A stretch of 63,447 nucleotides of DNA, the filler included, from Anaerolineae bacterium (GTDB lineage Bacteria > Chloroflexota > Anaerolineae > B4-G1 > DUEL01), in NCBI GenBank assembly GCA_041082215.1. It is 10 parts of 10 records of this genome, joined end to end, with 100 filler letters (N's around TTAATTAATTAA, not from the genome) between each part and the next. Parts side by side here need not be neighbours in the genome. Positions count along the whole stretch, not along the records: positions 1 to 18,923 come from JBDOIF010000004.1; 9 more parts are not named here. One strand, written 5' to 3'. Under the pieces are notes generated by a model. The model ran no database searches and was not told the DNA's origin. It saw only the letters and a list, made by a program, of their open reading frames with translations. Of this stretch, positions 1-9,928 are shown one piece after another. The position numbers and the translations under genes were made by a program. Within the stretch, counting starts at the first letter, position 1, and each line of letters opens with the position of its first letter.

Positions 1-1
1 G

Positions 2-2188
2 GCGCGGATGGCGCAGGATTTCAGTCTGCGGTATCCGCTGGTGGATGGGCAGGGGAACTTTGGTTCGGTGGATGGGGACAGTCCGGCGGCGATGCGGTAC
101 ACCGAGGCCCGCCTGGCCCCCATCGCGATGGAACTGCTGGCCGACATTGACAAAGACACGGTCGAGTGGACCGGCAACTTCGACGGCAGCCTCCAGGAGC
201 CCCGCATCCTTCCGTCCCGACTCCCCAACCTGCTGGTGAACGGGGCGGCTGGGATCGCGGTGGGGATGGCGACCTCGATCCCGCCCCACAACCTGGGCGA
301 GGTCTGCGACGCCCTGAGTTTCCTGATCGAACACTGGGACGAACGGGATGAGGTCTCGACGGAAGAGCTGCTGCGGCTCCTCCCCGGTCCGGATTTCCCC
401 ACCGGGGGGATCATCCTGGGGGAAGAGGGGCTTGCCCAGGCTTACGCCACCGGGAAGGGGCAGGTCGTCGTCCGTGCTCTGACCCATATTGAAGAGATGA
501 ACGGGGGGCGGTACCGCATCGTCATCACCGAACTCCCCTATCAGGTCAACAAGAGCAGCCTGCTGGAACGGATCGCCGCCCTGGTGCGGGAGGGCCGCCT
601 TGAGGAGATCACCGACCTGCGGGATGAATCGGACCGCCGGGGGATGTCCATCATCCTTGAGTTAAAACGGGGTGCACAGCCGCGTAAGGTCCTCAACCGC
701 CTCTTCAAGTATACGCCGCTCCAATCCACCTTCGGCATCCAGTTGCTGGCCCTGGTGGATGGGGAGCCCCGTCTGCTTACTCTCAGGCGGACGCTGGAGC
801 TTTATGTCGAGCACCGGCGGGAGGTGATCGTCCGTCGCAGCCGATACGAGCTGGAAAAAGCCCGGGCCCGCGCCCACGTGCTGGAGGGGTTGAAAGTGGC
901 GCTGGACCACCTGGACGCAGTCATCGCCACGATCCGGCAGTCCCCCGATGTGGACGCTGCCCGTATACGGCTGATGGAGCGCTTCAACCTGACCGAGGTG
1001 CAGGCGCAGGCGATCCTGGATATGCAGTTGCGGCGGCTGGCGGCCCTGGAGCGGCAGAAGATTGACGAGGAGTACGAAGAGGTCATCCGGCTCATCGCCT
1101 ATCTGGAGGACCTCCTGGCCTCCCCCCGCAAGGTTCTGGCCCTGATCCGGACCGAGCTGGAGGAGCTGAAGGGACGGTATGCGGATAGCCGGAGGACCCG
1201 CATTGCGCCGGAAGCGGACGCGATGCTCGAAGAGGAAGACCTGGTCGCCGAGGAGGATGTGCTGATCTCTATCACCCGCCGGGGCTATATCAAGCGGGTT
1301 CCGGTGGAAGTCTACCGGACGCAGACGCGGGGCGGCCGCGGTGTGCGCGGGATGGCGACGCGGGAGGAGGATGCCGTCCTTTACCTCTTTTCCGCCCACA
1401 CCCTCAATCCCATCCTCTTCTTCACCAACAAGGGCAAGGTCTATATGGAGCGGGCCTACCAGATCCCGGCTGCTGACCGAACGGCCGGCGGCGTCCTCCT
1501 GGCCAGCATCCTGGCGCTGGATGCCGACGAGCGGGTCACGGCTGCCGTACCGGTGCCGGACTTCAACCAGGCCCGCTTTCTCACCATGGTCACCGTCGGG
1601 GGGCGGGTGAAGCGGCTCCCCCTCTCAGAGCTGGCCAGCGTGCGGCCCAGCGGGCTGATCGCTATCAAGCTGGATGAAGGGGACGAGCTGGGCTGGGTTC
1701 TCCTCACCCCAGGCGACGCCGAGCTGATCCTGGTGACGGAGCAGGGGCAGGCGCTTCGCTTCGCCGAGGGGGAGGTCCGGCCAATGGGGCGGGCGGCGGC
1801 TGGTGTCAGCGGTATCCGGCTGGAGAAGGGGGATCGGGTCGCCAGTGCGGAGGTGGTTGCCGGGGGAAGCGAACTGCTGGTGGTGACCGAGAGGGGGTAT
1901 GGCAAACGGACCCCCCTGGAGGAGTTCCGCGCCCAGGGGCGGTACACCGCAGGCGTGCGGTGCATCGGGGGGCAGCCGCAGACCCGCGGTCGGGTTGCGG
2001 CGGCCCGGGTGGTTGACCCCGGGGACGAAGTGACCCTCATCTCCTCGGACGGGATGGTGCTGCGCGCTCCCCTTTCCACCATCCCCCAGATGGGCCGGGC
2101 GGCCCGGGGGGCAAAAGTGATGGAGCTGAAGGAAGGGGACCGGGTGGCATCGGTAGCGGTGCTGGAAGGGGAGGAGACGCAGGGGTAG
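2..2188 (+). CDS. gyrA: DNA gyrase subunit A (5'-truncated by window edge)
   Basis: Catalytic AAMRYTEAR motif, [15 protein letters not shown], GyrA-box-like QTRGGRG and C-terminal beta-pinwheel repeats; frame open from the window start. Confidence 0.96.
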   Translation, partial: ARMAQDFSLRYPLVDGQGNFGSVDGDSPAAMRYTEARLAPIAMELLADIDKDTVEWTGNFDGSLQEPRILPSRLPNLLVNGAAGIAVGMATSIPPHNLGEVCDALSFLIEHWDERDEVSTEELLRLLPGPDFPTGGIILGEEGLAQAYATGKGQVVVRALTHIEEMNGGRYRIVITELPYQVNKSSLLERIAALVREGRLEEITDLRDESDRRGMSIILELKRGAQPRKVLNRLFKYTPLQSTFGIQLLALVDGEPRLLTLRRTLELYVEHRREVIVRRSRYELEKARARAHVLEGLKVALDHLDAVIATIRQSPDVDAARIRLMERFNLTEVQAQAILDMQLRRLAALERQKIDEEYEEVIRLIAYLEDLLASPRKVLALIRTELEELKGRYADSRRTRIAPEADAMLEEEDLVAEEDVLISITRRGYIKRVPVEVYRTQTRGGRGVRGMATREEDAVLYLFSAHTLNPILFFTNKGKVYMERAYQIPAADRTAGGVLLASILALDADERVTAAVPVPDFNQARFLTMVTVGGRVKRLPLSELASVRPSGLIAIKLDEGDELGWVLLTPGDAELILVTEQGQALRFAEGEVRPMGRAAAGVSGIRLEKGDRVASAEVVAGGSELLVVTERGYGKRTPLEEFRAQGRYTAGVRCIGGQPQTRGRVAAARVVDPGDEVTLISSDGMVLRAPLSTIPQMGRAARGAKVMELKEGDRVASVAVLEGEETQG

Positions 2189-2220
2189 CGGTTGAGTTTT
2201 CGGTGTTGTTGAGGAGAACG

Positions 2221-3588
2221 ATGATCACCGCCTGGTTGTCAGATCGCCGCCCTGGTCAGCTACTGGCAGTGATGCCGGTCCTGGATGCGGACCTCCTGGC
2301 GGAGACGATGGTCGCCTTTGCCAACGCCGACGGCGGCACCATCGTCCTGGGAGTGGACGAATCCGGCCGGGCCACGGGCGGGCTGTATCCCGAAGAGGCA
2401 GGGGAAACGGTCCAGGCCGCCCTCCGCCTCTGCCGCCCCGTCGTGCAGACGGAGTGGCATCAGGAGGAGGTCGCCGGGGGGTTCGTCTTCTTCATCCGCG
2501 TCCCCCGCAGCACCGAGCTGCATAGCCTGGCCGATGGCCGCGTCCTCATCCGCACCGGCGCCGAAAACCGGCCCCTTTCGGGCGAGGAGATCCGGCAACT
2601 GGCCGCCACCAAGTCCACAGGGGACTTCGAGGCGCAGACGATGCCGGGAGCGCGGCGGGAGGACTTCGACGAGGAGGTCGTCCAGGAGTTCGTCGCTCGC
2701 TGGCAGGAGAAGCAGGGGCGGGAATGGGGCCGGTCGGTGGATGACCTGCTGTTCCAGATGGGTGCGCTGAATGAGGACCGATCCCCCACCGTGGCCGGCG
2801 TCCTGCTTTTCGGCGCCGCCCCCCAGTTCTTCCTGCCCCAGAGCGGGCTGGTCTTTGTCAAATTCCCCGGCACCGAGCCGCGGGGGGAGGACGGGCGGGC
2901 CGGGTACGGACGCCGGGAGGAGATCGGCGGCCCGCTGCCCCGCATCATCCAGCGCACCTGGGCTGTGATTATGGAAGAGATGCGGATCGGGGCGGTGGTC
3001 AAAGGACTGGAACGGGAGGAGAAAACAGAATACCCTCCGGCAGCGGTCCGCGAGGCGCTGGTCAACGCCGTCGCCCACCGGGATTACCGGCTCCGGGGGC
3101 GCCGCATCGAGGTGCGGATGTTCGCCGACCGGATGGAGATCATCAGCCCCGGCGGGCTGCCCGGCTACATCACCCTGGATAACATCGTCGAAGAGCACTT
3201 CTCCCGTAACCCCCGCATCGTCGCCGGCCTCTTCCAGTGGGGGTATATCGAGGAGCTGGGGCTGGGGGTTGACCTGATGATAGACGAAATGACCTCCGCC
3301 GGCCATCCGCCTCCCCACTTCCGGGCCGAGCCATATCTGTTCAGCGTCACCCTCTACAACCGTCAGGAGCGCCTCCCCATCGCCCGCTGGCAGTGGGTGA
3401 TGAACGAGCGACAGGCCAAGGCGCTGGAATATCTCCAGCGACACGGGCGTATCTCCAGCCGGGAGTATCACGCCCTCTGCCCCGACGTCAGCGCCGAGAC
3501 ACTCCGGCTGGACCTGAAGGACCTGGTGGATAAGGGGATCCTGCTGAAGATCGGGGACAAGAAGGGAACGTATTATATCCTCAAGTAG
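2221..3588 (+). CDS. AlbA_2 (Schlafen-like) + HATPase_c_4 (RecG-C-like) + winged-HTH protein
   Basis: AFANADGGTIVLGVDE (AlbA_2), AVREALVNAVAHRDY and SPGGLP...RNP (HATPase_c_4), C-terminal wHTH (LRLDLKDLVDKG...G.KKGTYY); RBS GAGGAG before ATG 2221. Confidence 0.85.
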   Translation: MITAWLSDRRPGQLLAVMPVLDADLLAETMVAFANADGGTIVLGVDESGRATGGLYPEEAGETVQAALRLCRPVVQTEWHQEEVAGGFVFFIRVPRSTELHSLADGRVLIRTGAENRPLSGEEIRQLAATKSTGDFEAQTMPGARREDFDEEVVQEFVARWQEKQGREWGRSVDDLLFQMGALNEDRSPTVAGVLLFGAAPQFFLPQSGLVFVKFPGTEPRGEDGRAGYGRREEIGGPLPRIIQRTWAVIMEEMRIGAVVKGLEREEKTEYPPAAVREALVNAVAHRDYRLRGRRIEVRMFADRMEIISPGGLPGYITLDNIVEEHFSRNPRIVAGLFQWGYIEELGLGVDLMIDEMTSAGHPPPHFRAEPYLFSVTLYNRQERLPIARWQWVMNERQAKALEYLQRHGRISSREYHALCPDVSAETLRLDLKDLVDKGILLKIGDKKGTYYILK

Positions 3589-3607
3589 CAAGGTGGGTGG
3601 AGAGGGG

Positions 3608-3643
3608 CGCAGGGACGCGGAGAAGCGGAGAAGCGGAGACACT
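3608..3643. repeat. Short 8-mer tandem repeat (GCGGAGAA/GCGGAGAC family)
   Basis: gcagggac-gcggagaa-gcggagaa-gcggagac; related units at 10722-10808 and about 24380-24425. Confidence 0.55.
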
Positions 3644-3659
3644 GTGAGAGGAGGGGAAC

Positions 3660-4880
3660 GTGAAACGGGACCTGGATCGGCTGATGGAGGAGCGGGGGCT
3701 GGACGCGGCTGTGGTGAACGGGCCGACCTACGGCAATCCCAACCTGGTCTATCTGCTCAACGGCGCGGCGGTAAGCCAGGGGATCGTGGTCAAGAAGCGG
3801 GGAGAGGAGCCGGTCTTCCTCCATTCCCCTATCGAGCGGGATGAGGCAAAAGCGACCGGACTGCGGCTGGTCAATATGGCCCGCTACGACTTTGTCTCCA
3901 TCCTCCGGGAGAGGGGGGACCGGCTGGAGGCCACGGTGGAGCTTTACCGCCGGATTTTCGCCGACCTGGAAGTGCGCGGAGAGGTGGGATTCTACGGCAC
4001 CGCCGACCAGGGGCGGGCCTACGTCTTCCTCAAGGCACTGGACGAGGCCCTCCCCGACGTCCACGTGCGCGGCGAGTACGAGCGGGGCCTCTTCGAAGTG
4101 GCCCGGGAGACCAAGGATGGGGCGGAGATCGCCCAGATGCGGGAGGTGGCCCACCTGACCTGTCAGGTAATGCAGGAGACGGTTGAGTTCCTGCGCCGAC
4201 ACCGGGTCCGGGATGAAGTGCTGGTCACCGACGACGGCTCCCCGCTCACCGTCGGGGAGGTCAAACAGCACATCCTGCGCCTCCTGGCCGAACGGCGGCT
4301 GGAGGACCCGGAGGGGGTGATCTTCGCCATCGGACGGGATGCGGGCGTACCCCACAGCAAGGGCCGTCCCGAAGACCCCATCCGCCTGGGCCAGACCATC
4401 GTCTACGACCTGTTCCCGCGCCGGCCCGGCGGCTACTTCTTCGACGTCACCCGCACCTTCTGCCTGGGCTACGCTCCGCCAGAGGTGGAGCGGGTCTACG
4501 AAGACGTAAAGGGGTGCGTCCAGGCGGTGATCGAGGCCGTCGGGGTGGGGGTGGAGGCCCGGCGGCTTCAGCAGGTGGCCTGCGCCTACTTCGAGGAGCG
4601 GGGTCACCCCACCGTCGCCAGCAACTCCCAAACCGAGGAGGGATACGTCCATCTGGTGAGCCACGGGCTGGGGCTGGCCATCCACGAAGAGCCCTCCTTC
4701 TCCGACGTGCCCAACAACACCCAGACCCTCCAGCCTGGCCATGTCTTCACTGTCGAGCCGGGGCTTTATTACCCCGAGCGGGGATATGGGGTCCGCATTG
4801 AGGACGTGATCTGGATTGACGAGGAGGGTAACGTCGTGAATCTGACGGAACTCCCCAGGGAGCTGGTCGTCAAACTGTGA
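3660..4880 (+). CDS. Xaa-Pro aminopeptidase, M24 family
   Basis: Pita-bread metal ligands: DLFP...FDVTRT, HGLG..IHE, TVEPGLY, VRIED; GTG start after GAGGAGG. Confidence 0.9.
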   Translation: MKRDLDRLMEERGLDAAVVNGPTYGNPNLVYLLNGAAVSQGIVVKKRGEEPVFLHSPIERDEAKATGLRLVNMARYDFVSILRERGDRLEATVELYRRIFADLEVRGEVGFYGTADQGRAYVFLKALDEALPDVHVRGEYERGLFEVARETKDGAEIAQMREVAHLTCQVMQETVEFLRRHRVRDEVLVTDDGSPLTVGEVKQHILRLLAERRLEDPEGVIFAIGRDAGVPHSKGRPEDPIRLGQTIVYDLFPRRPGGYFFDVTRTFCLGYAPPEVERVYEDVKGCVQAVIEAVGVGVEARRLQQVACAYFEERGHPTVASNSQTEEGYVHLVSHGLGLAIHEEPSFSDVPNNTQTLQPGHVFTVEPGLYYPERGYGVRIEDVIWIDEEGNVVNLTELPRELVVKL

Positions 4881-4937
4881 TCAGAAGAACGTATCTACCT
4901 ACCTGCCTCCTCTGGACCAACCCGAAACGCCGACTTC

Positions 4938-5075
4938 ATCACAAATGGCACGAATGGACCGAATCCCACAAATTGTAGAGCGTTTTTTTATTCGTGTGAA
5001 TTCGCGCGTTCGTGTCATTCGTGATGGCAGCAGATAGTTACAGAAGAACTCTGTGCTCTCTGTGCCTCGGTGGTA
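4938..5075. repeat. Intergenic palindromic repeats with 9-bp period (CACGAAT../..ATTCGTG and ..CTCTGTG families)
   Basis: cacaaatggcacgaatggaccgaat pairs with attcgtgtgaattcgcgcgttcgtgtcattcgtg; followed by ctctgtgctctctgtgcctcggtgg. Confidence 0.7.
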
Positions 5076-5183
5076 GAAAAATTAAAAAAGGGCGGGCTGT
5101 GCAGGCAGGGGACGGTCTGAACGTCTCTTACGCCGTTGCATTTGCGCATCGCACATCCAGGCATTGCAAGGGAGTTGGCTCTC

Positions 5184-6527
5184 ATGACTGTCACCGCTCA
5201 GATCGAAGGGCTCCTGCGTTCCCATCGCCTGCCCGGATTGGGGGAGGGCCTGTCGTCCAGTCGGCTCGTCTTTCCCAGTTACGAGAGCTACTCCCTGATC
5301 AACCTCCCCGCCACCATCGCCGCTCTCCTGGGGGCGGGGCTGGAGGGAGCCATGCCCCCCCTCCCCTCCGCCCTCTGGAGCGATCTCTCCTCCGGGGTGC
5401 GCCGCGTTGTGCTCGTTCTGGTGGACTCGATGGGGCATACTTCCTTCCAGCGGATTCTGGAAAACGGGTCGGGGCTGCGACGTCTGGCACAGGCGGGGCG
5501 GCTCTTCCCCCTTTCCTCTGTCTTTCCCACCTCGACCGTCACCAGCCTTCCCTCCCTCTGGACCGGAACCCCACCGATCGCCCACGGCCTCCTCGGGCCG
5601 GAGTCCTGGGAGCGGGCGGTCAACGAGGGGCTGAACTGGCCGCTTCGGGGGTTGATCCCCCCTCCCTTCCTCCGCGCCGGCGGGCTGCTGCTCCGGCGCG
5701 AGCTGCCGAAGGAGCTGGTCTCCGAGCCTAACCTGGGACCTCCGCTGGTCAGGGCCGGCGTGCGGATCATCCTGTTCTTCTACCTGCCCCCGCCCGGCAA
5801 CGGCCTCCCCCGTCTTCTCCTCCAGGGGGTAAAGCGGTTTCCCCTCAGCGAAGTGGGAGGAGTGGAAAGTTTCATTGGCTTCGGGGATTTCTACGATTTT
5901 CAGAAGATGGGGACCGATATCAGAAATGCGCTTGTCCAGCACCGGGGGACTCCCCTTTTCCTGGTCGCCTACTGGAGCCCCACTGACCTCCTCGGCCACC
6001 TCTATGGCCCGGAGGGCGAGCCTTTCCAGCGAGCGCTGCACTGCCTGGACCGAATGGTACAGTGGCTTCTGGACGCCCTTCCTCCTGCTGCCCGGGAAGG
6101 CACGCTGCTACTTCTTACAGCGGATCACGGGATGACGCAGACCCCGCCCGAGCGCGCCGTCCGTCTGGCCGACCACCCGGCTCTTGCCCGGATGCTGCGC
6201 CGCCCTCCCGGCGGGGAACCCCGCGCGGTCTATCTCCACGTCCGCCCCGGCCAGGCCGAATCCCTGCGCGCTTACATCGCAGACCACCTGAGCGACCGTT
6301 TTCTGTTGCTGGAGACGGAGCGCGCTCTGGCAGCCGGCCTTTTCGGTCCGAATGGAGCCGCTGCGCCGATCCGGGAGGAGCTGGGACAGATGCTGCTGGT
6401 GGCCCTGGACGACACCCGGCTGATTTTCCAGAAGGAGGTCGCCCCTCTCTACGGCCAGCACGGGGGGCTGTCGCCGGAGGAGATGCTTGTGCCTCTGCTG
6501 ATGGTCCGTCTGGATGGAGAGATATGA
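5184..6527 (+). CDS. Alkaline-phosphatase-superfamily (nucleotide pyrophosphatase/phosphodiesterase-like) protein
   Basis: LVLVDSMG, SVFPTST (Thr nucleophile region), D..GH.YGP, LTADHG, HGGLSPEEM. Confidence 0.85.
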   Translation: MTVTAQIEGLLRSHRLPGLGEGLSSSRLVFPSYESYSLINLPATIAALLGAGLEGAMPPLPSALWSDLSSGVRRVVLVLVDSMGHTSFQRILENGSGLRRLAQAGRLFPLSSVFPTSTVTSLPSLWTGTPPIAHGLLGPESWERAVNEGLNWPLRGLIPPPFLRAGGLLLRRELPKELVSEPNLGPPLVRAGVRIILFFYLPPPGNGLPRLLLQGVKRFPLSEVGGVESFIGFGDFYDFQKMGTDIRNALVQHRGTPLFLVAYWSPTDLLGHLYGPEGEPFQRALHCLDRMVQWLLDALPPAAREGTLLLLTADHGMTQTPPERAVRLADHPALARMLRRPPGGEPRAVYLHVRPGQAESLRAYIADHLSDRFLLLETERALAAGLFGPNGAAAPIREELGQMLLVALDDTRLIFQKEVAPLYGQHGGLSPEEMLVPLLMVRLDGEI

Positions 6528-7549
6528 CAGAAGAGCTCCGTGTTCTGGGCATTGAGACTTCCTGCGATGAGACAGCGGCGGCGGTGGTGGCGGACGGCCG
6601 TCGCATCCTCTCCAATGTGGTCGCTTCCCAGGTGGACCTCCACGCCCGGTACGGGGGGGTCTTTCCCGAAATGGCCTCCCGTGCTCACATCGAAGCGATC
6701 ATACCGGTGGTCCAGGAGGCAATGGAGAAGGCCCACCTGGGCTGGGATGACCTGGACGCCGTCGCCGTGACCTGTGGGCCGGGACTGGTAGGCTCGCTCC
6801 TGGTGGGGGTGAACGTGGCCAAGGGGCTGGCCCTGGGACGGGGATTGCCGCTGGTTCCGGTCAACCACCTGGAGGCCCATATCTATGCCCACTGGCTGGA
6901 GTCGCAGGCTGAGGGCGCGGCCCCGGCTGGCCTCTCCTTCCCCCTCCTGGTCCTCATCGTCTCTGGCGGCCACACGGAGCTGATCCTGATGCGGGGCCAT
7001 GGGGATTACGCCTACCTGGGCGGCACGCTGGACGATGCGGCGGGAGAGGCGTTCGACAAGGTCGGGCGGCTTCTGGGACTCCCTTACCCCGGCGGACCGT
7101 CCATCGAACAGGCGGCCCGGGAGGGTGACCCCGCCGCCTTCCGTCTGCCGCGGGCGCTGCTGGAGGGGACCTACGATTTCAGCTTCAGCGGCCTCAAGAC
7201 TGCTGTGGTCCGCCTGGTGGAACAGCACGGCGGCACGCCGACGCGGCGGATGGTGGCCGACCTGGCCGCCGCGTTCCAGGAGGCGGTGGTGGATGTCCTG
7301 GCAGCCAGGACGGTGGAGGCGGCAGAGGCGTACCGGGTGCAGGCGATCCTCCTGGCCGGCGGGGTCTCCGCCAACAAACGGCTGCGGGATGTGGTCCGGG
7401 AACGGTCCACTGTGCCGGTCTATTATCCGCCGCCCGTCCTCTGCACCGACAATGCAGCTATGGTCGCCGCCTGTGGCCACTTCCGCTACCTGGCCGGCGT
7501 GCGGGCTGGGTGGGACCTGGATGTGGACCCCGGCCTGAGGCTGGTATAA
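6524..7549 (+). CDS. tsaD: tRNA N6-adenosine threonylcarbamoyltransferase
   Basis: VLGIETSCDET, GGVFPE.ASRAH, NHLEAH, VSGGHT, DDAAGEAFDK, FSFSGLKT, CTDNAAM; ATGA overlap with the upstream stop. Confidence 0.97.
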   Translation: MTEELRVLGIETSCDETAAAVVADGRRILSNVVASQVDLHARYGGVFPEMASRAHIEAIIPVVQEAMEKAHLGWDDLDAVAVTCGPGLVGSLLVGVNVAKGLALGRGLPLVPVNHLEAHIYAHWLESQAEGAAPAGLSFPLLVLIVSGGHTELILMRGHGDYAYLGGTLDDAAGEAFDKVGRLLGLPYPGGPSIEQAAREGDPAAFRLPRALLEGTYDFSFSGLKTAVVRLVEQHGGTPTRRMVADLAAAFQEAVVDVLAARTVEAAEAYRVQAILLAGGVSANKRLRDVVRERSTVPVYYPPPVLCTDNAAMVAACGHFRYLAGVRAGWDLDVDPGLRLV

Positions 7550-7552
7550 GAG

Positions 7553-7580
7553 TTGACATCGGGACAAAATCCGATATATT
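7553..7580 (+). promoter_or_regulatory. Sigma70-type promoter with inverted repeat in the spacer
   Basis: TTGACA-N16-TATATT; ATCGG-N8-CCGAT dyad at 7558-7575. Confidence 0.6.
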
Positions 7581-7654
7581 TGATGTATCTCCCCTTCTAC
7601 CCAGCTCCATCTGGCAGTATTGTACTTTTCCAGCCAAGCATAAAGGAGGACAAA

Positions 7655-9280
7655 ATGGCCGCGTACGATTATCAATTGCTGCTCAAGCACATTCTCCACC
7701 ACGGTCTTGTGTGGGCACCCAACCAGGAGATCGTCTACCGGGACCAGGTCCGCTACACCTACACCGACATGTACAGGCGGGTGCTCCGACTGGCTGGCGC
7801 CCTGCAGGCCCTGGGCGTGGAGAAGGGCACCAAGGTCGGCGTCATCGAGTGGGATAGCCACCGATACCTGGAGATGTACTTCGGCATTCCCGGCATCGGC
7901 GCTATCCTCCACACCATCAACCCCCGCCTGGCTCCTGAGGACCTGGTCTACACGATGATGCATGCCGAGGACGAATTCCTCATCTTCCATGAGGACTTCC
8001 TTCCCCTGATCGAAAAGATCCGCCCTCGCCTCACTTCGGTCCGCAAGTACATCCTGATCACCGACAAGCCGGAGAAGCCGGCTGTCAAAGGGATAGACGC
8101 CGAGTACGAGGAGCTTCTGGCCGGCGCCATCCCGCTGGCGGAGTTGCCGGACCTGGATGAGCGTACCCAGGCCACCCTGGCTTACACCACCGGCACCACC
8201 GGCAAGCCCAAGGGGGTCTACTTCTCCCACCGGCAGCTCGTCCTCCACACCCTCGCCGTGACGGCTACCGTCTCCGCCTTTGGCAACTATGGCGGGGTGC
8301 ACAAACACGACGTCTACATGCCGCTGACGCCGATGTTCCACGTCCACGCCTGGGGCATCCCCTACATGTCCACCTTTATCGGCGTCAAGCAGGTCTACCC
8401 CGGCCGGTATGAGCCGGAAATGCTCCTGCGGCTGATCATCGGCGAGAAGGTCACCTTCAGCCACTGCGTTCCTACTATTCTCCAGATGATCGTCTCCGCG
8501 CCGGCGGTGAAGCAGTTCGACCTCAGCGGCTGGAAGGTGGTCATCGGCGGCGCCCGACTGCCCAAGGGCCTGGCAGTGGAGGCGATGAAGCTGGGCATCA
8601 AGGTCTACGCCGGCTACGGGCTTTCCGAGACCTGCCCGGTGCTCACCATTGCCAACCTGAAGCCCTTTATGGAGAAAGAATGGGACGAGGATCGGCAACT
8701 GGATTGGGCGATCAGCACCGGCATCGTCGTCCCGCTGGTCTACCTGCGGGTGATCAACCCGGCAGGGGAGGATGTGGCCCGCGACGGCAAAGAGACCGGT
8801 GAGATCGTGGTCCGCGCCCCCTGGCTGACCGAAGGGTATTACAAGGAGCCGGAAAAGTCGGAGGAGCTGTGGGCTGGCGGCTGGATGCACACCGGCGACG
8901 TGGCCCATATGGACGAGTACGGCTACATCCAGATCGTGGACCGGATCAAGGATGTGATCAAGAGCGGCGGGGAGTGGATCTCCTCCCTGGAGCTGGAGAA
9001 CCTCCTCAGCCTGCATGAGGGAGTGATGGAGGCGGGCGTCATCGGCATCCCCGACGCGAAGTGGGGGGAGCGGCCCCTGGCCATCGTGGTCCCACGCGAG
9101 GGGTATAAGGACCGGCTGACCGCCGAGGGGTTGAAGGCCCATCTGCAGAAGTTCGTGGAGCAGGGGATCATCACCGACTGGTCGGTGCCCGATCAGTACG
9201 TCTTCGTAGACGAGCTGCCCAAGACGAGCGTGGGGAAGATAGATAAGAAGGTGCTGCGCAGCCGATACGGTGCAGCCTAG
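7655..9280 (+). CDS. Fatty-acid--CoA ligase (AlkK-like AMP-binding enzyme)
   Basis: YTTGTTGKPKGV AMP-binding motif, GYGLSET, HTGD, DRIKDVIKSGGEWISS, PKTSVGK; RBS AAGGAGG. Confidence 0.93.
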   Translation: MAAYDYQLLLKHILHHGLVWAPNQEIVYRDQVRYTYTDMYRRVLRLAGALQALGVEKGTKVGVIEWDSHRYLEMYFGIPGIGAILHTINPRLAPEDLVYTMMHAEDEFLIFHEDFLPLIEKIRPRLTSVRKYILITDKPEKPAVKGIDAEYEELLAGAIPLAELPDLDERTQATLAYTTGTTGKPKGVYFSHRQLVLHTLAVTATVSAFGNYGGVHKHDVYMPLTPMFHVHAWGIPYMSTFIGVKQVYPGRYEPEMLLRLIIGEKVTFSHCVPTILQMIVSAPAVKQFDLSGWKVVIGGARLPKGLAVEAMKLGIKVYAGYGLSETCPVLTIANLKPFMEKEWDEDRQLDWAISTGIVVPLVYLRVINPAGEDVARDGKETGEIVVRAPWLTEGYYKEPEKSEELWAGGWMHTGDVAHMDEYGYIQIVDRIKDVIKSGGEWISSLELENLLSLHEGVMEAGVIGIPDAKWGERPLAIVVPREGYKDRLTAEGLKAHLQKFVEQGIITDWSVPDQYVFVDELPKTSVGKIDKKVLRSRYGAA

Positions 9281-9302
9281 CCTCCTCATTCTACCGTCAG
9301 TT

Positions 9303-9366
9303 CACAGAGGGCACGGAGTCGCACGGGATTTTTCGCTCTCCCGCTGTCTCTCCGTGTCCTCTGTGT
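9303..9366. repeat. Palindromic repeat (CACAGAG..CACGGAG / CTCCGTG..CTCTGTG family)
   Basis: cacagagggcacggag ... ctccgtgtcctctgtg; same family at about 5048-5075, 24455-24482 and 26527-26610. Confidence 0.75.
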
Positions 9367-9397
9367 CTCCGAACTCTTATTCTCCAGCGGAGGGGGG

Positions 9398-9928
9398 ATG
9401 ACAGGTCGGCTTTCTCGAGGTTATGTTCAGGTCTATACTGGCGACGGCAAGGGAAAGACCACCGCCGCCCTGGGGCTGGCCCTGCGGGCCTCCGGCCACG
9501 GCCTTCATACCTACATCGGCCAGTTTATGAAAGGCCAGCACTACGGGGAGCTGGATGCCCTGCACGGCCATCCCTGTATCACCATCGAGCAATATGGGGA
9601 CGTGCGGTGCATCCGTCGGGAAGAGGTCACCCCCGAGCACGTCGCTCAGGCCCGTCGGGGGCTGGAGCGGGCGCGGGCGGCGATGCTCTCCGGCCGGTAC
9701 GATATTGTGGTGCTGGACGAGGTCAATGTCTCCATCTGGTTTGGCCTGCTGACCGTGGAGGAGGTGCTGGCCTTCATTGACCAGAAGCCCACCCGTGTGG
9801 AACTGGTCCTTACCGGCCGCCGCGCTCCCCAGGAACTGATCGAGCGGGCCGATCTGGTGACGGAGATGCTGGAGGTGAAGCACTACTATCAGCAGGGGGT
9901 GATGGCGCGGGAGGGAATTGAGCGATGA
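9398..9928 (+). CDS. cobO: Cob(I)yrinic acid a,c-diamide adenosyltransferase (CobO/BtuR family)
   Basis: VQVYTGDGKGKTTAALG, QFMKG, VVLDE, LTGR.AP, ADLVTEM, KH.Y..G..AR.GIE. Confidence 0.92.
   Translation: MTGRLSRGYVQVYTGDGKGKTTAALGLALRASGHGLHTYIGQFMKGQHYGELDALHGHPCITIEQYGDVRCIRREEVTPEHVAQARRGLERARAAMLSGRYDIVVLDEVNVSIWFGLLTVEEVLAFIDQKPTRVELVLTGRRAPQELIERADLVTEMLEVKHYYQQGVMAREGIER

Noticed and set aside
6449..9289. Long antisense ORFs (946 aa here; also 2260-3642, 16844-18865, 19063-20913, 29702-31345, 46944-48431, 54124-55554)
   Set aside because: Shadows of well-supported genes on the opposite strand in high-GC DNA; no recognisable motifs.
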